From: an uncultured delta proteobacterium
Lineage (GTDB): Bacteria; Desulfobacterota; Desulfomonilia; UBA1062
Length of the DNA: 64,000 nt
NCBI GenBank assembly: GCA_963785235.1
Contig: CAWAUM010000001.1
Location: 320,001-384,000 of the forward strand
Reading direction: 5' to 3'
In this document: positions 32,804 through 44,591 of the stretch, one piece after another
How the letters are laid out: each line of letters begins with the position of its first letter
Numbering within the stretch: position 1 is the first letter of the stretch
The notes under the pieces: model-generated
The model's database searches: none
Told to the model about the DNA's origin: nothing
What the model saw: the letters and a program-made list of their open reading frames with translations, nothing else
Position numbers and translations under genes: made by a program

Positions 32804-34067
32804 GGATCTGTTCGCAGCTGCGCAAAAGGTGATCCCGGGTGGCGTAAATTCACCGGTGAGGGCATTCAAGAAGGTGGGGGGCATTCCCCTGTTCATGCAA
32901 AGTGGTGACGGTGCCTTCCTTACTGATGCCCAGGGAAAACGATATATCGATTTCGTGCTCTCCTGGGGGCCGCTTATCCTGGGTCACTGCCACCCCCGTG
33001 TTGTGGACGCCATCAGGCGCCAGGCAGGCCTCGGCATGAGCTATGGGGCGCCTACAATGCTGGAGACGAAGATGGCTGAGCTGGTATGCTCTGCCTTTCC
33101 CAGTATCGAGAAGGTCCGTTTTGTCAGCTCCGGCACCGAGGCTGCCATGAGCGCCATACGGGTCGCCCGGGCGGCTACGCTCAGGCAGCTCGTGGTCAAG
33201 TTCGAGGGGTGCTACCATGGCCATGCTGACAGCCTTCTGGTGAAAGCGGGATCTGGTTTGTTGACCCTTGGAGTCCCCGATTCCGCGGGTGTGCCCGAGG
33301 CGGTCGCTTCAACCACGGCAGTGTTGCCTTATAATGACACACCAGCCCTTGAGGAGTTTATGAAAATGCGCGGGGCAGAGGTGGCTGCGGTCATCGTGGA
33401 GCCCGTGGCGGGGAATATGGGCATGGTGCTGCCTAAGAAGGGTTTCCTGGAATCAATGAGAAGGTTAACCAGTTCCTGCGGGGCCCTCCTTGTCTTTGAC
33501 GAGGTGATCACAGGCTTCAGGTTCTGTTTTGGCGGCTATCAGAAACTTGCAGGCATAACGCCTGACCTTACCTGCCTTGGCAAGATCATCGGCGGCGGCA
33601 TGCCGGCCGCTGCCTTTGGAGGCAGGGCCGACGTCATGGACCTGCTGGCCCCCATGGGCCCGGTTTACCAGGCAGGGACGCTCTCGGGAAACCCACTGGC
33701 AATGGCGGCAGGCCTTGCGACACTTGCGACACTCCAAGAGCTCGACCCCTATGAGAAACTCGGACGGACCATGGCTGTTTTCACCTCAGGGCTTGAGGCT
33801 CAGGCAGGCAACGCCGGCATCCCGCTGGCCATCAACCGGTTCGGCTCCATGGCCGGGATGTTTTTCCATGAAGGGCCTGTGGAGACCCTTGAAGACGTCA
33901 TGGCATCCGATGCAGCAAGGTATGCGAAGTTCTTCCATGCCATGCTCGATGGGGGTGTTTATCTGGCGCCGTCTGCCTATGAGTCGCTTTTTGTCAGCAT
34001 CAGCCACACCGCTGAGGTTATAGAACAGGCCTTGACGGCTTCAGAAAAGGCGTTTGCCGGTCTCTAG
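32793..34067 (+). CDS. hemL: Glutamate-1-semialdehyde 2,1-aminomutase
   Basis: PGGVNSPVRAF, SGTEA, FDEVITGFR, GKIIGGGMP, YQAGTLSGNP. Confidence 0.97.
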   Translation: MTNEDLFAAAQKVIPGGVNSPVRAFKKVGGIPLFMQSGDGAFLTDAQGKRYIDFVLSWGPLILGHCHPRVVDAIRRQAGLGMSYGAPTMLETKMAELVCSAFPSIEKVRFVSSGTEAAMSAIRVARAATLRQLVVKFEGCYHGHADSLLVKAGSGLLTLGVPDSAGVPEAVASTTAVLPYNDTPALEEFMKMRGAEVAAVIVEPVAGNMGMVLPKKGFLESMRRLTSSCGALLVFDEVITGFRFCFGGYQKLAGITPDLTCLGKIIGGGMPAAAFGGRADVMDLLAPMGPVYQAGTLSGNPLAMAAGLATLATLQELDPYEKLGRTMAVFTSGLEAQAGNAGIPLAINRFGSMAGMFFHEGPVETLEDVMASDAARYAKFFHAMLDGGVYLAPSAYESLFVSISHTAEVIEQALTASEKAFAGL

Positions 34068-34100
34068 TCTGATGTTCAGGTTAATGTTAGGATAGTAGAC

Positions 34101-34303
34101 CAGATTACGTTATTGAATGTAACCATAAACATTAGTGGCTTAAGCACAAGAATCATGGTGATCTAAAAATGTTTTAAACAGGTCCGTTCAAATCAGTCAT
34201 CTTGCAGCCTTAGGGGAATGCTAATTTTCCCGGCCCTTAAAGGCTGCAAGATGACTGATTTGAACGGATCAGGTTTTTACGTTTCTTAAACGCAAGCCCT
34301 GAT
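34101..34303 (+). repeat. Dispersed palindromic element, copy 1 (perfect 29-bp inverted repeat at 34183-34211/34240-34268, 28-nt loop)
   Basis: Arm TCCGTTCAAATCAGTCATCTTGCAGCCTT; flanks homologous to the reverse complement of 58890-59115. Confidence 0.9.
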
Positions 34304-34305
34304 AT

Positions 34306-36745
34306 TCAGATGCCGGCAGGCCTCGGTCTATCTACGGCGTCTTCTTGGGCCGCCGGGTGGGAGAAGGCGGCAAAGATGCCCTCAGGGCCTTCGGGGAAGG
34401 CTATTGCGATAACTTCCTCTATGGTTTCAACAAAATGGATGGTGAGGTCATTGGTCACATAGGGCTCCATGTCGCTGAGGTCCTTTTCGTTCATTCTGGG
34501 CATGATGATGGTGGTGAACCCGGCCCTGCGTGCAGCAAGCACCTTCTCTTTTATGCCGCCCACCGGCAGGACTACACCGCGCAGAGTAATCTCGCCGGTC
34601 ATGGCAAGGTCTTCACGCACTACCTTGTTGGTAAGGAGCGAGATGATGGAGGTGACCAGGGTTACCCCGGCGGACGGCCCGTCCTTTGGGATGGCCCCTG
34701 CCGGCACGTGGATATGGATGCAATGGTCCTTTTCAATGGTGCACCCCATGCCCTTGATGATGCTCAAACCAAGCCTGGCGGATTCCTTCATGACATCGCC
34801 CATCTGACCGGTTAGGATCATCTCTTCCTTTCCTTCCACCAGGGCCGATTCCACGAACAGTATCTCGCCTCCGAAAGGCGTCCAGGCAAGCCCCGTAGCG
34901 ATGCCGGGGATGCGTATGCGCTGCTTGGCTTCGGGTAAAAAGCGCACCGGACCCAGGGCCTTTTCAATGAAGGCGCAGTCTATGATAAAATCTTCGCAGG
35001 AGCCTTTTGCCACCTGGAATGCGATCATCCGCAAGGCGCGATGCTATCTCGCGCTGGAGGTTCCTCACGCCCGATTCCCTTGTGTAGTGGCGGATAATAT
35101 GTCCCAGCGCCTCGTCATGGAAATCGATACGCCTGCCGGTAAGTCCGTTGGCCTCTATCTCCCGGGGGAGGAGGTAATTCTTTGCAATGGCGATCTTGTC
35201 CTCATGGGTGTATCCCTCTATCTCCACGATCTCCATGCGGTCCTTCAGGGCAGCTGGTATGGTGTCGATCACGTTGGCCGTGGTGATGAAGAACACCTTG
35301 GAGAGGTCGTAGGGGACGTTCAGGTAGTGGTCTACAAAGTGGTTGTTCTGCTCGGGGTCCAGGGCCTCAAGGAGTGCGGATGCCGGGTCGCCGTGGATGT
35401 CGCGGGTGAGCTTGTCGATCTCGTCAAGCATGAACACCGGGTTTACGGTGCCTGCAGTCTTGATGCCGTTGATGATGCGGCCGGGTAAAGCGCCGATATA
35501 GGTCCTCCGGTGGCCCCTGATCTCGGCCTCGTCACGTACGCCCCCCAATGAGATGCGTACGAACTTTCTGCCCATGGCCCTGGCGATGGACTTGCCAAGC
35601 GAGGTCTTGCCCACACCCGGAGGCCCCACGAAGCACAGGATCGGGCCCTTGAGGTCGTTCTTCAGTTTCTTGACCGAAAGGTACTCCACGATCCTCTTCT
35701 TGGGCTTCTTCAGATCGAAATGGTCTTCGTCCAGTATCTGCTCCACATTGCCGATTTCCAGGTTGTCTTGTGACCCTTCATGCCAGGGCAGGTCCAGTAT
35801 CCAGTCAAGGTATGTGCGGATAGTGACGTATTCCGAAGATGAGGGCTGCATCCGGGAGATGCGCTTGAGGTCTTTGTCCACCTCGGTCTTGACCTCTTCG
35901 GGCAGGGCCTTGGCCTCGATCTCACCCCGAAGCTCCTCCATTTCATCCTCGACGTCGGTACCTGCTTCTCCCAGCTCCTTCTTGATGGCCTTGAGCTGCT
36001 GCCGGAGATAGTATTCCCTCTGGGCATTGTTGATCTCGCCCTTGGCCTTTTCCGTGATCTTTGAGGAGATCTCCAGGATGTTAAGCTCTTCCCTCAGGCT
36101 CTCATAAAGAAGCGCAAATTTTTTCTCGAAACCATCTTCTTCAAGGATCTTCTGCTTGTTGGCAATAGGGATGGGCAGGTTTGTGGCCGTAGTGGAGAGC
36201 AGCATGAGCGGGTCTTTGATCTTGGCGAGGTTGGTGAGCACAGAGTCCATATTCTGGTAGGACATGCGTGCGAGCTGGGTCAGGATCTCTCTGGTGGACA
36301 GGGCCATGGCATAGACCTGCGTGCCCGGCGTGTCGTCTTCTGTGAGGTGGGTGACGCGGACCTTCATGTAGGGGTTGTCCGCAATTTTTTCCTCAAGGAA
36401 TACCTTCTGGATGCCCCTGATCATGATGGAGAGCTCGCCTGCCTTGACCGAGGTAACCTTGGTTATCTTTGCCACGCAACCGATCCGGTAGAGGTTTTCC
36501 CACACCGCCGGAATGGGCTCGTGGGGCTTGCGCATGCCCACGGCCACGATGGAGCTGTTCGTGCTGTGAAATTCCTTGATGAGTGCTGCCGAGGAAGGAT
36601 TCGTTACAATGAGCGGGAGCACGGCGCCCGGAAGCAGGATTGCATCCTTGAGCGGGAGCACGGGCATGATCTCATGGATTTCCTCCACCTGCAAGTCATC
36701 GGACTCATCGATGTTGTTCCTGAAGATATTCTTGAGCCAGTCCAT
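34306..36745 (-). CDS. lon: Lon protease, frameshifted near 35035
   Basis: GPPGVGKTS, RGHRRTYIGALPG, DEIDK; PKDGPSAG and IKEKVLAA in the second frame. Confidence 0.95.
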
Positions 36746-36801
36746 GTCCTTTATGTAGGCGCGCCCTGAAAGAAAGTCAATTGGATGCTTGCGAAGCCTG
36801 A

Positions 36802-37797
36802 TCAGCGGATCTGTGAGTATGGGGAAATGATGCTGCCGGCTTTAATCTTTTTACCCTCAATCATGCTGCCCATGCCTATGGTTGTTCTCTCTGCGATGGT
36901 GCTGTCCTTTATCCAGGTGCCCGGCATGATCTTCACGCCTTCGCCGATCCTGCATTTCCCCATGATATGGCAATTAGGCCAGATCTCCACATCATGCGCC
37001 ATCTTTACCGCCGGGCTGATCCATATGGTTGACGGGTCCTGGAGGGTCACCCCTGATTCCATGAGTGCGGTGTTGATGCGCTGCTGCATGCGTTCCTGGG
37101 CAAAGGTCAGCTGGCCCCTGGAGTTGATCCCATGTGCCTCGTCCGGGTCAGTTGCCGTGAAGGACACCGCCTTAGGGGCCATGGCCACTACGTCTGTCAG
37201 ATAAAACTCGCCCTTGGTGTTGTCCGGGCAGATCTTTTTCACCGACGAGAGCAGGAATTCCTTGTTGATGACGTATACTCCGGTGTTGATTTCATCGATC
37301 TTGAGCTGTTTTTCCGTTGCATCGTTATGCTCCACAATGCGTTTGAGAGTTCCTCTCCTGTCGCGGACGATCCTGCCGTAGCCAGTCGGGTCTGCGATTC
37401 TCGCCGTGAGGACGCCCATGTCTGCACCGGCGCTGTGGTAGGCATCAACGAGACCTTTCAGGGATTCGTTGCGGATGAGCGGCATGTCGCCCGGCAGGAT
37501 GAGGATATGAGTGGCATGCGCCTGTTGCAGGGCATCTTTTGCCATGAGGATGGCGTGGCCGGTTCCCAGCTGGGGTTCCTGGACGACGGTTTTGACATGG
37601 AAGGACTCAAGGTAGCGTATGACCATGTCCCTTCCATGGCCCACCACCGCGATCACACTCGTGGAGATGCCTTCTGCCAGGCTAAGGGAATAGTAGATCA
37701 GGGGATATCCGAGGACCTCGTGCAGGACCTTGGGATATTCGGATTTCAATCTCGTACCTTTCCCGGCTGCAAGGATTATGCTACAAGTGGTTTCCAT
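36802..37797 (-). CDS. glmU: Short GlmU (uridyltransferase plus partial beta-helix, 331 aa)
   Basis: ILAAGKGTRLKS..PKVLH, QLGTGHA, GYGRIVR, EINTG, EFYLTD, GINSR; ends at SPYSQIR. Confidence 0.85.
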   Translation of the reverse strand: METTCSIILAAGKGTRLKSEYPKVLHEVLGYPLIYYSLSLAEGISTSVIAVVGHGRDMVIRYLESFHVKTVVQEPQLGTGHAILMAKDALQQAHATHILILPGDMPLIRNESLKGLVDAYHSAGADMGVLTARIADPTGYGRIVRDRRGTLKRIVEHNDATEKQLKIDEINTGVYVINKEFLLSSVKKICPDNTKGEFYLTDVVAMAPKAVSFTATDPDEAHGINSRGQLTFAQERMQQRINTALMESGVTLQDPSTIWISPAVKMAHDVEIWPNCHIMGKCRIGEGVKIMPGTWIKDSTIAERTTIGMGSMIEGKKIKAGSIISPYSQIR

Positions 37798-37900
37798 TGA
37801 GGTGCTTTGCTACCACAAAGATGGGGTTTTCGCAACCGTAGCGGTCCTCATGAGGGGAAGTTTCAGCGGTTCGGGGGAAGGTGAAGATATTTTTTATTGG

Positions 37901-37948
37901 CCCGTAGAATCTGATGAGTTCCCATTGGAACTCATCAGATTCTACGGG
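37901..37948. repeat. Perfect 22-bp inverted repeat with 4-nt loop
   Basis: CCCGTAGAATCTGATGAGTTCC-CATT-GGAACTCATCAGATTCTACGGG. Confidence 0.95.
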
Positions 37949-38066
37949 TAAAGGTTGTCTCATCCTACCATATCCCTGCGAAGAGTGATTTTTTCCCCGC
38001 CAGAAGCCCTTGTAAAAGGCAGTCGCTTTTGTTAAGAGGGCGTGTGCAACCGATCCTCATGTGTGA

Positions 38067-39118
<1,052 letters not shown>

Positions 39119-39119
<1 letters not shown>

Positions 39120-39940
39120 TGGGACAGGGCAACACGAGCAAAATAATACTCACCTCCATTGCAGCAGTGGTGGTGATCGTGTTGCTTTCTCTGGGCCAGT
39201 ACCGATCCATCTCGTCGGGCTTGAGTCCCATACGCGAGGCATTCTTTATCTTCGAGAAGGTTGTCACTGCGCCGTTTCACTTCGCACAAAACCTCTGGAG
39301 TGACTATATATTCCTGGTGGGTATCCGCGCTGAGAACAAAGAGATAAAGAAGGCCCTTGATCAGGCCCGGGTGCAGTGCATGACCGTTCAGGAACTCAAG
39401 AGCGAGAATGAGCGTCTACGGGCCATGCTTGATTTCAAAGGCGAGCATTCCGATTTCCAGTTGTTCCCGGCACGGCTCCTCTCCCAGGACATTACAAACG
39501 TGTTCAAGACCGTAGTGATCGACCGGGGCAGAACCAGGGGCTTTTTTATGGACATGCCGGTGGTGTCACCCCAGGGTCTCATGGGCAGGGTGATCTCGGT
39601 CTCCCCCCACACAAGCCAGGTGCTGCTTATCACCGACCCCATCAGCGCTGTGCCTGTCATTATCGAGGAGAGCCGCGTAAAGGGCATTGTAAAGGGTATG
39701 GGCGCCAATATGCTCAGCCTGGAATATGTGCGAAATACCGAGCTTGTGCAGGTAGGAAACATGGTGGTCACCTCCGGAATGGAAGGCATTTTCCCCAAGG
39801 GCTTAAAAGTCGGCCGTATTGCCGGGATCAGGCGCGAACCCAACAAGATCTTTATCAGGATCATGGTCAAACCTTCCGTGGAGATGTCCAAGATCGAAGG
39901 CCTGTTCGGAGTAGGATTCCATGCTGCGAACGCACATTAG
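39119..39940 (+). CDS. mreC: Rod shape-determining protein MreC
   Basis: TM plus coiled coil ENERLRAML, VTSG..GIFPKG; operon position. Confidence 0.95.
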
Positions 39941-40394
39941 TCTGGCCGGCATAATCTTTCTGGCCGTTTTTTTCGAGACCGTCTTTGTCCCGGGAATATG
40001 GAACTCTCTGCGCGTGGATCTCTTCATAGGCATGATAATCGGTGTCATGATCCATCTGGGCTTTTCCCAGGGGCTGACCTTTGTCCTGGTAACATCGCTG
40101 TTTCTCCAGGCCTTTTCAGGGGCCAGGCCGGGTTTGATTCCCATGATATATCTGGGCATCTTCTTGGTGGTCTGCCTGCTCAAAGGTATTATCTACATGG
40201 AGAATATCCTTACCCAGCTTATCCTTGCCGGTGTCCTGTCTATCCTGGTAGCCACTGGGCTGGCTATCTCTTTCGATCTGAGCCTGAGCCAGGCCGAGCT
40301 TGTCTCGATGGCGGTAGGCGGGGTGCTTACAGGCATGGTAAGTCCATTTATGGTTGCCCTTGTAGGTAGTTTGAAGAAGGCATATGAAGCCTAA
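39921..40394 (+). CDS. mreD: Rod shape-determining protein MreD
   Basis: Polytopic 157-aa protein between mreC and mrdA. Confidence 0.8.
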   Translation: MLRTHISLAGIIFLAVFFETVFVPGIWNSLRVDLFIGMIIGVMIHLGFSQGLTFVLVTSLFLQAFSGARPGLIPMIYLGIFLVVCLLKGIIYMENILTQLILAGVLSILVATGLAISFDLSLSQAELVSMAVGGVLTGMVSPFMVALVGSLKKAYEA

Positions 40395-42210
40395 CATCAC
40401 GAGCCCTCATCTGGAAGAGGATCTCAAGAAGAGCTCTTTGTACCTGTTGATCTTCGTGTTCACCCTGCTCGGCATCCTGATCATACGGCTGTTTGTCATG
40501 CAGATCATTAATGGAACGTATTATAAGGGTCTCTCGGAGAATAACCGTGTCCGCATCATTGCGGTATCAGCCCCGAGGGGAAAGATCATGGACAGGGCAG
40601 GGGCCGTACTTGCCGACAACAGGCCTGCATTTAATGTTATGGTGCTGCCCGAGGACATCGCCAATCCACAGGATATTTCCGTGCGTCTTGCCCCGTTCCT
40701 GAACAAGGCGCCCCTTGAGATCCAGCAGCTTATCCGGCAAGGCAAGAAGGGGAAACCCTATGACCCTTTAATAGTGGCCAGGGACATCACCTTCGAACAG
40801 GTAGCCAAGATAGAGACGCAGATAATAAGCCTGCCGGGTGTATCCATTGAGGCCATCCCGGAGCGGGAATATCTCTATGGGGCGCTTGGATGTCATGTGC
40901 TGGGGTTTATCGGAGAGGTCTCCAAGCGAAAGCTTGAGGAACAAGGAGAGGAAGGGGACTACTCATCCGGAGACCTCATCGGCAAGAGCGGGGTTGAGCT
41001 TGTCTATGAGAATACCCTTAAGGGAGTCAAGGGCAAGAAGGTGTTCGAGGTGGATGCAACGGGCCACAGGGTAAAGGTGCTCGGCGAGCACGAGCCGGTT
41101 CCGGGTAAGGATGTGAAGCTTGCCGTTGATCAGGGCCTTCAGGCCATAGCGGCACAGGCCCTGGGTGAGAAGGCAGGCGCGGTAGTGGCCATGGTGCCTT
41201 CTACCGGCGAGGTCCTTGTCATGGAGAGCACCCCCGGATATGATCCTGCCATCTTTGCCTCATCCATGACAGCCCTGCAGTGGAAGCAGATCATCAATAA
41301 CCCCATGCACCCCCTGGAGAACAGATCCATGCGGGGGGCTTATCCTCCCGGGTCCATCATGAAGATCGTGGTTGCCCTGGCAGGCTTCCAGGCCGGTGTT
41401 CTCGACCCCACTGCCCGGGTGTACTGTCCCGGAAGTTTCAAGATCGGCAATGTAGTTTTCAGGTGCTGGCAGGCAAGAGGGCATGGCAGCCTTGACCTGG
41501 TGGGCGCCATCACCCAGTCCTGCGATGTATACTTCTATACGCTGGGAAGGGCAATGGGTATTGATAATATCGCAGCAACGGGATCTCTGCTGGGCCTGGG
41601 TAATAAGACCGGTATCGCGTTGCCTGATGAGCTGCCCGGGCTTATGCCTACGAAGAAATGGAAACGGAAAAGATTCGGCCAGCCCTGGCACCCGGGTGAA
41701 GACGTCATTGCCGCCATCGGCCAGGGTTTTACCATGGTCACTCCGCTTCAGGTCGCCAAGGTCATGAGTGCGATTCTCAACGGAGGAAAGGTTTATACGC
41801 CCAAGATCCTTGCATCAGGTGATCCTGTGCTGGAAAAGGACATTGCCATCCCAAGGTCTCAGCTCGAATACCTTAAGGCCGGAATGAAGGGGGCGGTTGA
41901 GAATGCGCGTGGAACAGCCCATGGGATATATGAACAGGGATTATCCATCGGAGGAAAGACCGGTACGGCACAGGTGGCCAGGGGATATGTGTCCAAAAGG
42001 CCCGATGAATCGGATATCCCGTATCATTTGCGTGACCATGCCTGGTTTTTCGGATTCTCTCCTGTTGAGAATCCCGAGATCATTGTCGTGGCGCTGCTGG
42101 AGCACGGCGGGCATGGAGGTTCCGTATGCGCACCCATTGTTAAAGCCGTTATCGAAGGGTATTACCTGAAGAAAGAGGCCTCGCGTGAGCAGATACGCAA
42201 AACTGACTGA
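40384..42210 (+). CDS. mrdA: Penicillin-binding protein 2
   Basis: APRGKIMDR, PGSIMK (SxxK), SCD, KTGTAQ. Confidence 0.96.
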   Translation: MKPNITSPHLEEDLKKSSLYLLIFVFTLLGILIIRLFVMQIINGTYYKGLSENNRVRIIAVSAPRGKIMDRAGAVLADNRPAFNVMVLPEDIANPQDISVRLAPFLNKAPLEIQQLIRQGKKGKPYDPLIVARDITFEQVAKIETQIISLPGVSIEAIPEREYLYGALGCHVLGFIGEVSKRKLEEQGEEGDYSSGDLIGKSGVELVYENTLKGVKGKKVFEVDATGHRVKVLGEHEPVPGKDVKLAVDQGLQAIAAQALGEKAGAVVAMVPSTGEVLVMESTPGYDPAIFASSMTALQWKQIINNPMHPLENRSMRGAYPPGSIMKIVVALAGFQAGVLDPTARVYCPGSFKIGNVVFRCWQARGHGSLDLVGAITQSCDVYFYTLGRAMGIDNIAATGSLLGLGNKTGIALPDELPGLMPTKKWKRKRFGQPWHPGEDVIAAIGQGFTMVTPLQVAKVMSAILNGGKVYTPKILASGDPVLEKDIAIPRSQLEYLKAGMKGAVENARGTAHGIYEQGLSIGGKTGTAQVARGYVSKRPDESDIPYHLRDHAWFFGFSPVENPEIIVVALLEHGGHGGSVCAPIVKAVIEGYYLKKEASREQIRKTD

Positions 42211-43276
42211 GATTCTTGACTGGGGCATCCTTCTGACAGTAGTCTGCCTCATGGCCATTGGGCTGCTGTGCGTCTACAGCTCTACAACGGCCGTGGGCAG
42301 CGCTATCCTTGCCAGGCAGATGCTGTGGATCTGTATCGGAATGGTCTTTCTGGCAATCGCCTTTCTGGTGGATTACCGGACACTCATGTATTCGGCCTGG
42401 CCCTTTTACGCCTTGGTGGTGACAACGCTGTTGCTTGTATTCGTGATAGGCAGGGAGATTTCCGGCGCCAGGCGCTGGATTGTCATGGGGCCGCTGCGCA
42501 TGCAGCCGTCCGAGATCGCCAAGATCTTTGTGATAATCTGGATGGCATACTGGGCTGAGAAGAATAAGCATATCCTGCTTCACGGCATCCGGGAACTTTT
42601 TTTTCCGGCAATTGTCATCTGCATACCGGTCGTGCTGATCCTCCTGGAGCCTGACCTGGGAACGGCAGCGATTGTCGCATTCATCGCCATAGCCATGTTC
42701 CTCATGCTGGGGATCAGGCGTTCCACAATACTCACCCTGGGCGGGCTCTTTTGTGCTGCATTGCCTTTTCTGTGGTTTTCTCTGAAAGACTACCAGAGGC
42801 AGCGGATATTCACATTCCTTGACCCCTCGCGCGACCCTTTGGGCAGCGGCTACCATGCCATCCAGTCGAAGATCGCCGTGGGGTCGGGAGGGCTTCTCGG
42901 CAAGGGGTTCCTCCATGGCACCCAGACCCAGCTGAAGTTCCTGCCCGAGCATCACACCGACTTCATCTTCTCCGTGGTCGCCGAGGAGTGGGGGTTTCTG
43001 GGTTCCGGGGTGCTCATAGTCCTTTACATGTTGCTCATCACAAAGATCATAAACGTGGGGTTCAAGGCCAAGGACCGTTTCGGGGCGCTGTTGTGCTTCG
43101 GCATCGCCACCTATTTCACCTTGCATGTGTTCATCAACATTTCCATGGCCATCGGCATCTTCCCCGTAGTTGGTGTGCCGCTCCCCTTCATCAGCTATGG
43201 CGGGTCTTTCATGATAATCAACATGATCTGCATCGGGATCGTGCTGAATGTTGCGTGGAGGCGATTTATATTTTAG
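42185..43276 (+). CDS. rodA: Rod shape-determining protein RodA
   Basis: QPSEIAK, EPDLGT, LPEHHTDFIF, GVPLPFISYGGS. Confidence 0.96.
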   Translation: MSRYAKLTEILDWGILLTVVCLMAIGLLCVYSSTTAVGSAILARQMLWICIGMVFLAIAFLVDYRTLMYSAWPFYALVVTTLLLVFVIGREISGARRWIVMGPLRMQPSEIAKIFVIIWMAYWAEKNKHILLHGIRELFFPAIVICIPVVLILLEPDLGTAAIVAFIAIAMFLMLGIRRSTILTLGGLFCAALPFLWFSLKDYQRQRIFTFLDPSRDPLGSGYHAIQSKIAVGSGGLLGKGFLHGTQTQLKFLPEHHTDFIFSVVAEEWGFLGSGVLIVLYMLLITKIINVGFKAKDRFGALLCFGIATYFTLHVFINISMAIGIFPVVGVPLPFISYGGSFMIINMICIGIVLNVAWRRFIF

Positions 43277-43331
43277 GGTACTTCTCGCAACGGATATTCT
43301 TGAAAGAGAATGACGGATTCCACCCCCTGAT

Positions 43332-43401
43332 GTCATTCCCGCGGAAGCGGGAATCCATTCTTTTCAAAGCCTTCTGGCCCGCCGCTTTAGCGGGGGGTGA
43401 C
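43332..43401. repeat. Degenerate GTCATTCCCGC-type REP/RPE (dRS3-like) palindromic element
   Basis: GTCATTCCCGCGGAAGCGGGAATCCA...TGGCCCGCCGCTTTAGCGGGGGGTGAC; contains ATTCCC-N8-GGGAAT. Confidence 0.7.
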
Positions 43402-43464
43402 ACTCATACTAATATGCTCGATTACTTGAAATAATAGAGGTGCCCTTCAGTGACTGGTTACTGA

Positions 43465-44406
43465 TCATTTGTCACTGAGACGATAGCATTCACCTTCTTG
43501 GACCACCAACTCTTTCTCCATAAGCCCTTCCAGGTGCTTGAGGATCATCTGCCCTTCCCCGAACCACAGGAGCTCGTCCGAGACCGAGGCATGGTCGGCA
43601 TCGTAGAAGGGTGAGAGCCTTGTGAGATCTTCTATGCCCATGAGGGGCGATTCTGAAAGGAGGCCCAGGATCTGGCGGTCGCGCTCCTCGAAGAATGCTT
43701 GAAAGGCGTGGAGCCGCTTCTTGATGTACGGGTTCTTGAGCGGCCGTGCATGGGATGAGAGGTAGATCTCTGCGGGTATCTCCATGGTCTGGGCAATGGA
43801 ATTCTTGAACAATGCTATGTCGCACTCCGGGTTGCCGTACCACGGCCCGAAGGGACTCAGGTCAATGTCGAATCCCATGAGGATCTTTTCATCCGGCGAC
43901 CAGAAACAATAGTGGTCATTCAGATGCCCCGGGGTGTACAGGGCTATGAAGCTCATGGACCCGCTTGAGAATTCATATTCATGGCTGAAGGTCGACGTGA
44001 CGGTGAAGTCCTGAAAGCCGGTTAGTGCAGGGTAGGTCTCCATCCAGGTGGTGAAGAGCTGTTCGTCCACAAACCGCATGGCCAGGAGCTCTGCTGTTGC
44101 AATGGTATCGCTGTCCTCCCCGGGCACCATGATCTCGGACCCGGAGGTCTTTTGCAGAAGCCAGCATCCCGAGGTATGGTCCAGGTGGGAGTGCGACACG
44201 AAAACCCGGTCTATCCTGACCTCGGAGCAGATCTTCTCGATGATGTCCAAGCCGCACCCCGTATCGAAAAGCACGTTCACTGTGTCCAGGACTAGGAAGG
44301 CGTTGCAGAAAGGCGACCGGCCCCGGTTGTTTCCATGGATCACATGGAGAGAGTCCGTAACGCTGGTGATACGTATGCCTTGTGCAGTGAGTTTGTCTAA
44401 AATCAT
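43465..44406 (-). CDS. Metallo-beta-lactamase-fold hydrolase
   Basis: SHSHLDH (HxHxDH), TPGH, SSH. Confidence 0.88.
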   Translation of the reverse strand: MILDKLTAQGIRITSVTDSLHVIHGNNRGRSPFCNAFLVLDTVNVLFDTGCGLDIIEKICSEVRIDRVFVSHSHLDHTSGCWLLQKTSGSEIMVPGEDSDTIATAELLAMRFVDEQLFTTWMETYPALTGFQDFTVTSTFSHEYEFSSGSMSFIALYTPGHLNDHYCFWSPDEKILMGFDIDLSPFGPWYGNPECDIALFKNSIAQTMEIPAEIYLSSHARPLKNPYIKKRLHAFQAFFEERDRQILGLLSESPLMGIEDLTRLSPFYDADHASVSDELLWFGEGQMILKHLEGLMEKELVVQEGECYRLSDK

Positions 44407-44591
44407 AGGATAGTGCAGGACTCTATACCCGATCTGCACGGACGGTCAAGGGGGTCTAAGGTAATAGTAAGGTGAATAGTGAAAATGGCCTGTAAAGCCC
44501 CATGTCGCCCTGAAGCCGGACATCGTCTCTCATCATTACAACCTCTATATTTGGACCCCCAGTTCTTTTGTGAATATCCGGATTGACAGTC

